A DNA stretch of 64,000 nt from Marsupella aquatica. Its lineage: Eukaryota > Plantae > Marchantiophyta. Position 1 is the first letter of the stretch, and each line of letters begins with the position of its first letter. This document shows positions 24,401 through 34,109 of the stretch, piece after piece. The notes under the pieces are model-generated. The model was not told where the DNA came from and made no database searches. It saw only the letters and a list, made by a program, of their open reading frames with translations. The stretch lies in contig OZ316895.1 of assembly GCA_973895155.1 (NCBI GenBank), positions 15,816,816 through 15,880,815 on the forward strand, written 5' to 3'. The translations under genes and the position numbers were made by a program.

Positions 24401-25285
24401 GGAAACTCAATCTTTTCGTTTGGTCTCGTTGTATCCAGTAGCAATGGTGGAGAGCACCCATTTTTCACAACCTTGTAAAGTTATTTGATATAGCTTTCGA
24501 TCCAGTTTGACAGTCACAAGTCAATTGATCTGTAGGTCATTCAAACGTAAAAGTGATTCATTCCGTGCCCACGTGATCTTTTGTTTATTCAAGATTGATT
24601 GACACCAGCACTTCTCAGTCCAGTGGCATACCAGGCATGATTTTGTTATATAGTGTATATAAGAGAGAGATTGGTTGTTCTACCAGGTACCTTTCTAAAC
24701 TAAGTTACGTCTGTGACTTACTATATGAGCAGACGGAGCTGGAGGGAAATGGACAAAAGCTTGAGAACGGGGGGCCACCTGAGGAGGTTTTGAGAATTGA
24801 AGAAGAAGGTTCTCAAGCACAGGTAGGAGGAAGTAATGGTTCAACGACTGGCGCAGGGATATCCCAGTTGGCACAGCAGACAGCCGTTACGGATGGGATG
24901 GCTAATGTAAGTGTGCTTGCAAGCGTGGCTCTTATTTCTTATCCACAGCTCAAGTGTGTTAGTGTGCATTTGGAGATGGGCTTCGTGTCTTGATCTTTTG
25001 TGGTCGTTCAGTGAGGCCGGATTTCTCAGCCATATGTACTCAAGTGGTGGAAAGGTTATTTGCAGGGAAGTTTAGTTGCATCACTAGTCTAGTCTGCATA
25101 CTTTTGTCTAGGGACGGTGATGGATGGGTGCATCCTGCGTCTGGCAGGCATAAATGACTGTGCTGTTCCATGACCTTGCTGCGCGGGTGGCAGCAGACCC
25201 CAATTCTGGCGATGACTCCATGCTCCCGACTGCTACCCGAGTCTTCAAACAGCAGACGTCGTCCCAGGAGCCAGCTGGAGGATGA
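15429..25285 (+). CDS. BAG6: BAG6/Scythe/CIP73-like ubiquitin-like-domain protein, multi-exon (first exons 15429-15548, 15898-16015, 16402-16473; last exons 22557-22679, 24733-24906, 25148-25285)
   Basis: N-terminal UBL (VEIKIKTLDAQSYSLRV...QRLICRGKVLKDDQLLGAYNVEDGHTLHLV); plant CIP73-type LLLELGRTTLTLRMGQSP-AESVVNAGPAVFISPSGPNPMMVQ; C-terminal WSETISADVEQQQSMEPQRPFSEAYVRGSPLAKRQK resembling the BAG6 NLS region. In-frame TAA at 25151. Confidence 0.85.
16016..16401 (+). other. U12-type (minor spliceosome) GT-AG intron in the BAG6-like gene
   Basis: Donor GTATCCTA; branch box TTCCTTAAT at 16382-16390, about 10 nt before the AG; removing the intron restores AY-N-VEDGHTLHLV. Confidence 0.85.
19336..19569 (+). 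repeat. 117-bp tandem duplication spanning an intron 3' end and exon start
   Basis: TAGGTGTATGGCAATACT...TTCAG|GCTGA(T/A)TCAGTCG... occurs at 19336 and 19453. Confidence 0.92.
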
Positions 25286-27409
25286 AGATGAGTTGTTGCA
25301 GTGATCAAAGGGACGAAAGTTGAATATTCGGAGGTTAAGAGTGCCAGTCTAAAGGCCGATGCTTATAGGATGAATCGAATGTTTGGGTGTTTGATCCAAG
25401 GTCGATGCGTAGAGGATGAAAGGGATCTATTAATTGGTACCCCTGTAGAGGTTTGTTTTGTTTCTTAGCAAAGGGTTTTTCCTGTAATATTCACGGCCAC
25501 AATTGATCATTCAGTAGGAAATGTTTCGTCTCCGTAGGGGCGGTACAGATGAGAAGAACTTCCAGTTAGCAATCTTCGGTTTTTTGCTGTACATGCCCGG
25601 ATGTCGTTGAAGAGTGCGTAAAGTTTTCCAATGAGGATAATTCACCATTAGATTTCATAGTTGAAAGTACATGTCAATTACCGTGCAAATTGCAGCTGGA
25701 CGGGTTTCATAGTCGGTACTGTTTCCTTTAGTTAGATTTGTAGCACGCCTTAATAAAGAAAAATGATTCTAGCCCTTCTTTAACGCAGTGGCGATTTTCA
25801 GATTTAGTGAAATGTGTGAGCTGTAGGAGAGCATGCAACTCCTTTAGTATAGGACACATTTGGGATGATCAGGGCTAGAAGATACTCTGAATGCGTTGTC
25901 AATCATTAGCCAACTTGAAGCCAATGCAATGAGAATTGTAGCGTGCATTCTTTGCTTTTGGTTTTATTACTTTCAACCCAAGTCTCCCTTGGAGTAGATT
26001 ATCAAGATATTGACACTGACGAGTACTGTCACTTGTAGGTGCCGGGGCACAGATGGATATTAATGAAAGTTCCTAACTAGATGATCGAATTTGTAGAACA
26101 TGAAAACCGTAGAAAGCTGAGGTGTACGTTACTCTTTCCGTAATGTGAATGTGTTGCTGGGTGAATGTTATTAGCTGTGGTCGTTGCGTGAGGATTGCGA
26201 ACTGTGATGCATGACAATGCGGACTTTCTTTGCAGAACCCGGATTTCATGGTAGCTTTGTCTCGCCTTAAGAATAGCTCCCGGCCAAAGTTCTTGAATCC
26301 ACTTTGAGCGACAAATGTGAATTTAAGCATGGTATTGAGGTAAGGTCTACTCAAGGTTTTGAGACTTGGAAAGGGGTCGGAAGAGGTGTTCGCTTAATAT
26401 GGCAGAACTAAACTTGATCGTTGGAACTGTACCGGCATAAGCGTACCTCTTCTGCCTCAGGAGATTTTGACAGAAGGTCAGAAATGGAAGGCTTTGAAAA
26501 TTACCTAGAATTTGGTGGGCATTATTGGGCCTGAACAGATTCGAGAAGATTGAGATTTCGTAGTTTGAGCTGCAGTTCAACCTGAATCTCCTTTAGAAGA
26601 AGACACTTTTAAGAGGTGAGGAGAGATCTTCCTGTGATTGAATTTTTTTTGTCGTTTAGACTTAATCCTTTTTGCTCAGTGTTCTCTTTTCATGCAGCTC
26701 AACTGGCATTAATATTGATGTTGGGAGATTTCGAACACGTCGTGACTGAATTTTCAGCTCAGGTTAGGGTTTTGGCAATCCTGAACTAGTTTCAGATGTT
26801 TTGAAAACGTAACCGATACCTGCAGACAATCCATCTCGAGCCTTTTTCCGTCCACAGCCTGATGGAATGTTGTGACTCTGGCTTAACTAGTTCGCCCACT
26901 TGTAGTGGCCTTGTTGTCAAGTACTGTCATTTTCGGGGCTCTCAATTTTTGGGTTTTTAGTCTTGCTTGGTTTTTTCGTTTCTTCTCTCCCACATTGTTG
27001 GGACTCTCAGGCTTTTTGGGTCTAAGGGCTGTCTTGTATCCAGACTGTCCTGAAAAAGGCCCTTATCACTCCCAAAATTAAAATTGTAGAATCGAAATTC
27101 TCCTTTGTTGGGACTCTCAGGCTGTCCTGGAAAAGATGCCTTATCACTCCCTTGTAGGATCTAAATTCTCTTGTCCTGCTAGTGTGAGGTGGAGCACAAG
27201 TACTTTCGTTGTCTCTATTTTTTTTGGTTATTTTTGTCAATTTTGATTATTTTTGTTGTTGTTTTGGTCATTTTTTGACTATGTTGTTGGTTTGATTAGT
27301 GCGAGGTGCACAAGCACTTTTGTTTGTTTTATTCTGATTTCAAAGGATAGGAACTCAAGGGGGCTGCAAAGCCCGTGCTCTTGGTTGGGTCAATATGTTA
27401 CTGCCATCT

Positions 27410-28310
27410 GTGGGTTGAGGACAGGAAAACTTTGCAGCCCATGCCCTTGGTTCAGTCAACATGTTACTGCCATCTGTGGGGTTGAGGACAGTACAACTGG
27501 TTGAGGACAGGAAAACTAAGGACCTCTCTCATGAAAGACACACTCATGAAAGACAGCTCTTATTGGGTCTCTTACTTTTGGATCTTTGGGGTTCTGTTTT
27601 GCGCTTTTTATTTTGGGGGATACGGGCATGGTTCAAATCTACAGGTCCAAAGAGTTTTTTTTGCCGAAATGATTTTCTTGTAGCTGCCTGCCCACAAGGA
27701 CCAGGGGAACAATATCCGCGTGGGCGAAACCTAAATTGAATGGATTTGTTGCGTGACGAGCAGGTAAAAGCATGAACCTGGGGACAGCACGTACATGGCC
27801 AAATGAATGGAATCATCGAGTATGAAGAGCATACAGCACATACATGGCCAGAACCAAATGAATGGAACCATTGAGTAGAAGCAGGCAGGTAGGTAGGGCC
27901 TACTGAACGCAGTCATGGACCACTCTACTGGGGACAATACACCAAGTCGTCCGTTCTCGAACGGTGGAGTTGAGGACAGGAAAACTGAGGACCTCCCACA
28001 CACAATCAAGACAGACTCTAAGTGGTTCTTAAACGTTGAGTTGAGGACAGGAAAACTGAGGCAGGTAGGGCCTACTGAACGCAGTCATGTACCACACATG
28101 CAAGACAGACTCTAAGTAGTAGACAGCTCTAAGTAGTTCTTAAACGTTGAGTTGAGGACAGGACAACTGAGGACCTCACAGATGCAAGACAGCTCTAAGT
28201 AGTCCTCCAAGGACCTCACACATGCACAACAGCTCTAAGTCGTCCGTTCTAGGTGGAAAACTGAGGATCTCACACATACAGGACAGCTCGAAGTCGTCCG
28301 TTCTAGGTTA
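27410..28310. repeat. Mosaic array of shuffled short modules (GTTGAGGACAGGAAAACTGAGG, AAGACAGCTCTAAGT, AAGTCGTCCGTTCT)
   Basis: The first motif recurs near 27414, 27481, 27501, 27969, 28041 and 28152; the other modules are interspersed in varying order. Confidence 0.8.
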
Positions 28311-28326
28311 CAGATTAGGGAAAACT

Positions 28327-28520
28327 GGCTCTGGCAGGGGGAGATGGTCCAAGCAGCACTTGTTAATGCACATTTCTTGCTTTTCGGTGTCTTGGTCGCA
28401 AATTGAGTTTCCAAGCCTTACCGGCTCTGGCAGGGGGAGATGTCCAAGCAGCACTTGTTAATGCACATTTTCTTGCTTTTCTGTGTCTTGGTCGCAAATT
28501 GAGTTTCCCAGCCTTACCGG
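28327..28520. repeat. Tandem duplication with a period of about 96 bp
   Basis: GGCTCTGGCAGGGGGAGATG...GCCTTACC starts at 28327 and again at 28423. Confidence 0.88.
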
Positions 28521-29137
28521 TTGGAGACGGGGACGGAACACAGAAACATGACGACGGCCTGGTCACAACCAACTTTTATTCAGAATCGCGAAATTTCAGG
28601 ATTCCTTTCGCTGAACCTCAGCGTGTTCTAATTTCCGTGATTGCTTTGGAAGCCTTAGAAGGGTCGGAATGTCGAGGAGCTCAGGTTCGTCGGCGAATGG
28701 TACAATGACGAGTCTCGAAAGACTACCCACAGAATCCGGTAGACTTGGTGGAATGAAATGTTGCAAGTGGAAGAATCCCATAACGCGGAAGTCATTTATG
28801 ATATCGGCGAGGGCTTGTAGCTAATATCCTCCAGACACATCACACTTGTTACCAAGAAAGAAGCAACTCAAACATTTCAGCATGAGGAGATCCAGCTCAA
28901 ACATTTCAGCATGAGGAGATCCAGCAGGAGATTGCGAAGATGCAGGTCTGGCCTCCATCCATCTCGATGAGTGTATCATTCTTGGTAAATTGGGCCGGGC
29001 CTAAATTCCATGTATTGAAATCTTCAATACCCATTAGACCTGGCGGTATAATAATGCGGCCAGCATTGCCGGCCACTATACTCCTAACGAACATTCAAGC
29101 TCATCAACTACGCACCATGCCGAAGAACCGTCCTCGA

Positions 29138-29440
29138 TCAAGCCTTTCTCCGAACTCGAATGGGCCCCTTAACATTAGCGAGTCCTTCCCCAAGGTGACC
29201 TTGCAAGACTTCGCCCTTTTGGAGAACCTCCACTCGACCCTGGTCTCTCATTTCTGCAACCATGGTCCTAATTTCAGGCATGAGCTCTCGCCATGAAGAT
29301 ACACCAGCTGATTGTAATTCCATGGAGGACAGAGCCCGAGCCACTTCTGACGGACATATGGTCTTCGATGGCTGGCGAGCGGCTAGAAGATTGTCGAGAT
29401 AGCGTTTTATGATTTCCGGGCGTTTGGCCATATCAGCCAT
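29138..29440 (-). CDS. Intronless DUF3253-like small protein (100 aa)
   Basis: LLAARQPSKTICPSEVARAL...WRELMPEIR...GRVEVLQKG...KGPIRVRR follows the DUF3253 pattern (KTICPSEVARA, WR-LM, QKG, GPIRL); intact from ATG to TGA. Confidence 0.8.
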   Translation of the reverse strand: MADMAKRPEIIKRYLDNLLAARQPSKTICPSEVARALSSMELQSAGVSSWRELMPEIRTMVAEMRDQGRVEVLQKGEVLQGHLGEGLANVKGPIRVRRKA

Positions 29441-29453
29441 TGCTGGGGCTGTG

Positions 29454-30675
29454 TGCAACGAACTTACAGTGGTGATGGGAGTAGAATTTGAGATCTGGTT
29501 GCTTCATGCAACACACAATCCAAGGTGGGGGCTGTGTGCAATCTGACTTACAATGGTGATGTGCATATATATATATATCAAATTTCCAAAAAGACAACAA
29601 CACCTAACCGGGAGACACATCCCACAGTCAAAAAGACCCAATAAAGTTCTTCATCAGAACGACCCAATAAAGTTCTGCCGCTCCTTCTCCAGTACTTGAA
29701 TTTATGGTGGTTTGGTTGCGTTTCTTGGTGCTTGCATTTCCCCCTGCCGGCCTCACCCGCTGTTAGGCTTCACTACCTTTGGTCCTCCTGGGTGTCGACC
29801 CCCTTTGTGGGCCACCCTGAGTATGCTGGCTTTTTGGATGTAAATCAATTGGTTTCTTTGAGGCAAAGAAAAGACCCAAGAAAAAAGCAAAGCTTTGGCC
29901 AGTTGGCCACGTGTTAGCCTAGAACCTAGAGGTCCCAGGTTCAATCTCCCTTCACACGCAAGGGGTGGCAAGGGTATTGCGTGGGCGGGGTGTAGTAGTG
30001 AGAGTACTGGTTTATCCTTGGCCTTTGGCTGGTCGCTTTGTGATCCTAGTCCAACCTTGTGATCCTAGTCCAACCCTCTCTCCTTACTGGCAGTGGTCCC
30101 TGTTGGATCCCTGGGTTTTGTTCCCCCTTGTGGGTTACCCTACAGTGGTGCATATTCCAAAGTAGAAGGTCTATCCTCTGTAGGCCGGGTCTACTTTTGG
30201 CTTTCAAGGCAGAAAAAAAAAACCCAACAAAGGGATGAGAAAGATAGTTATATATCAAATTGCCAAAAGAAAATTGAGTCCAACCCATAGACAAGATCCC
30301 AAGGGGAAAAGCTTAATCAAGGGAAGAAAATAGAAGGGAAGGGGAAAGACTTTGATAAGACTAGATGTGAATAGAATTGAGATCTGGTTGCATCAAGCAA
30401 CATACAATTGAAGGTTGATAGAGATGTACATCATGGACTGTAACCTCAAACAAGAACAATATCCAGTGGATAATGAATAGGATAACTCATCCCCAAGAGG
30501 GGTAAATGGTGTAGGGGCTCAGGACATATACCCTAGTACTCATCATCAGAGGAAATATTCTACTTGTGTTTGAGGCTGAGGTTCATGGTGGACATTTGTA
30601 TCAACTTGGACTGTGTGCTGCCTGACTCAACCAGATCTCAAATTCTACTCACATCCCCATTGTAATTTAGTTGCA
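29454..30675. mobile_element. Putative non-autonomous element of about 1.2 kb bounded by imperfect inverted repeats of about 70 bp
   Basis: 29454-29527 (TGCAAC...GAGTAGAATTTGAGATCTGGTTG...) is the approximate reverse complement of 30602-30675; a third, direct copy lies near 30372. No TSD identified. Confidence 0.5.
29893..29995 (+). mobile_element. tRNA-derived SINE-like head
   Basis: A-box-like TGGCCAGTTGG (29896) and B-box-like GGTTCAATCTCC (29938) at tRNA spacing, followed by a G/T-rich body; no complete cloverleaf. Confidence 0.5.
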
Positions 30676-32109
30676 TGACAACTCATAACCCCAAACCAGA
30701 GATGACTTGTTGAACATAAACTTCCAAATTGAATTTTGGAGACGTCCAATTTGGGAATCCCCAGGCATGGCTGGCATGAGGTTGCATGGTCTCACCAGCA
30801 GGGTTATGCCCCCAAACCTTAAACTTCTTCTGAAAGAAAAATTCATGACAAAGTATAAGGGCTTGGTAAAGGTTTTTTTATGGACCCCAATGGGAAGCTC
30901 CTTAAAAAAATCCCTGGAAGCACTTGGAGTGACATCAGCACTATTCATCACAAACAAGAGCAATTAGCTATGCAAGAAAAACCAAATGTAATAATTTGTG
31001 TTTGAGGTAAGGCAAAGAAAAACAGTTGGACCCCGTAACTGTAAAAACAATGAGAAACTGAACTATAGCTTCTGGATGAGCTGTGATTGATACAAGGAGT
31101 TTTCTGGCAAGCTGTTTGAATATTCTATTTAATTGACAATTTTTTGAAATAACCCTGGGTAGAACAAAACTCTTTCAATTACTATAACATTTACAAAGTA
31201 ATATAAGAAACCCTTTGACTACTATGGACAGAGGAATATATACCAAGGGAACATAAGAAACGCTTCAACTACCATGGATAGAGGAATACCAAAGGAATGT
31301 AAGAAACCCTTCAGCCTTTGTAACATATTATATGGACTCTATGGATATAGCAGTAGCAAAGGAACAATTTGCATGAATTGTTACCATGAAAAATCTACTC
31401 TTTGTCTGCAATGAATTTAACTTGTCCTAATGACCTTGAAACCCACTTCATTATGAATCCTCCTTCTAATCTTTGTCCTCTCATCTCCATATTCAAGTCT
31501 ATTCCGATATAAAAGTCTTTGTCGCTACAACTTTTTGAATAACATCAAGCTTACAGAACCAAGGAGTACTCAAACTAATTTTTATATATTGTGAAGGAGT
31601 TGAACAAGCCAATGACTCAAGGGTCTGTGAGGGAGAAGGGTGGAACACACCTAATGTTTATCTATAAATATTCCTGAAATTGAGGATTAGTTAAAGATCT
31701 TTCCTGATCTTTCGAATAGTCAGTCAGATAAACTGCAACTAAAGGCACATTTTGGAGAAACTGGATTATTCTTCCTGTTTTGGATTCATGTTTTAACTAG
31801 AACAACATGGATGAGTGGAAAGGTTTTACATTTTTACAACCCCCCTCTTGCTAAAGTTGTAAATTCATCAAATCTTCTCTTCATTACACCCATTTTAAAA
31901 CTGAGCCAAGAGTTGGATACCTATTCTTCATTCATTCCTGGTTTCAGAGTAGCAGTTTAGCTCAAATGGGATGGATTTACAATTGAAAGTATTAGTTTCT
32001 TACAAATGAACTTCTCCTAAATCTTTCTTCTGTACTTGCTTTTTCTCTAATTACTTTTAATTTTATGGCGCTGAATTTCTTCACAAGTAAGAGAAGTGTC
32101 CAGAAGTTG

Positions 32110-32218
32110 GCCCAACCCACACACCGACCAACCCTCCCTCACCCCAGTGAATGAGGGGGCTTTGAATCTGAGACCTGTTGGCCTCAAGTTCCAATCCCTT
32201 GGCCACCTGAGCTAGACC
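32110..32218 (-). mobile_element. tRNA-derived SINE-like head
   Basis: The minus strand reads GGTCTAGCTCAGGTGG (A box)...AGGTCTCAGATTCAAAGCC (degenerate B box), then a G/T-rich body. Confidence 0.5.
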
Positions 32219-34109
32219 ATTTTTCTTTGCTCCCAATCACTTGTTTAGCAGGTGAGTGAAGCATTTCTCCCTTGTTCCACACTAGCCTAACCACTCTAAA
32301 AACCTTTGAATGTAAATATTGGTGACTACAAGAAAACCTTGAAAGACAAAGATTCCTTATTATTCACACTCATTTATGATTTTCCCCCATTGCTTGCACC
32401 CCCATACTTCAGTGATGCTGCCAGAGCTACTGTCTAGATGCTTCACTCTAGACCTAGGTCATTAAAGTAATTTTTATTGCAAATTTCTAGTAAGATTCCA
32501 CTCACTTCTTTCCTCTAGGGTGCCAGTCTGCTCCATGATTTCAAGAAATGTTTTCTTTTATAGCAGTGAAAATTTGGGTTCTTGGGGTAACCTGGTAGCT
32601 CTTGAAGGGGCAGCTGTGTTTGAAAGAGGAAAAACATATTATCTTACTATTAATTTGCCAACAGAAGCTAGAGTTGGGGTGTAGGCTTCTAGGGTGAAGC
32701 CTCCAGACCATAACTCTAGGGCCCCACCACCCCACCAAATGTACGTTGATGGAGAGTAGAAGGCATGGTATGTCAAAATGATCATCCATGCTTATTTTTG
32801 TTATCACTATGCTGTTGTTCAAAGAATGTGCATAGAGTCTCGTATTTCCAAAAAGGAGAAAATTAAGTCCAAAAGGAGAAAATTAAAGGGTGAGTGAGAG
32901 TACATTTGGCGCATTGTTGCTTTCTTTCAAGAAAGAAAAAGATATGTACTGTAGCTATTTTCTTCCTTCTTTCATTCCTCGTGTTCTTTCATTCCTCGTG
33001 TAGGAGTCGTGCATGCTCTCGAGTTTGTTCCAATCGGATTTGCTTTCCAACGCGATCTCACGTTGATGATGCTGAGAAACAGTCATTGTACACTCATCAG
33101 GCAAGCGCATCCACGTCTCCACGGTCATCCGTTCTGCTGCTGAGCTTTAGCTGAGCTGAGGAAAGAGTGGGGAGCAGAGGAGGACGCGAGAGGACACAAC
33201 TGGACTGAACAAGCGTTGTGAGCAGAGTCAGGTACGCAATTGGGAGAATTGCTGAACAGAGTCAGGTACGCAATTGGGGGAATTGCTTTTGAGATTTGAG
33301 TCAAGTGGCGTGTGCATTGGGCTGGGCACACATGGCTGTAGATAATTAGCTCGATCAATCTTGTTGAAATGGAAGGGCAGATCGTGAAGTGTTTGAGGTG
33401 GTAGTGTGATTCGCGTTTTAGAGGCTCACATGAAACAATTCTCATGCATTTGAGGAGCTGCTACGTTCTCTGCTGTATACGTAAGCATTCGCCAGTGAGA
33501 AGCTCGCCTGATCACAATTTCCGGAGAGGCTTTCTCGAGTGGATTAGTAATTAATTCCATGCTAGCTAGGGCAACAAATTACTTCGGTGCGGTGTTCGTG
33601 AGAGGAGCTGGGGATTGGTTTGTGTAGGGCGTAAATGTGGTCTGGTGAATTTTCAGAGTTTCTCGTCTGATCACACAGTTTTTCATATTTCACCTTTCAT
33701 CCCTGTCTTCGTAATTTGATTCGCCCGTGCTTCAGCGGAGCAATGGTGACAAGAATGAATTCCCGTCTGGATTGGAAAGAATGAATTCCGCGTGAGGGAT
33801 GTACCTGAATGGGTTGGAATACATGATAGCAAGGACAGGACAGGAGGGAGAGGTGATAAACTGAAATTGGGTGCGGGTCTCCTGACTTCGTGTGTGTTGA
33901 TACTGAATTCAGGTGGCCAATGTACCTCCTCTTCATCCGGTGATCTGTACCGATGGCGCCGGACCCTTTGTCCCTATCAAATAAGTTTGAGAGTCCAGTA
34001 GATTGATGATGAGAAGAAGTCCCGTTTGATGTCAACGGCGAGTTTCTGTTCCTGCAATCCGCTCTCATCATTCACGTCCAGGAGCTAGGGGAGTGCTCTT
34101 GCTGCCATT

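Noticed and set aside
28940-29296. 118-aa plus-strand ORF
   Set aside because: It overlaps the DUF3253-like gene in antisense and has no recognisable motif.
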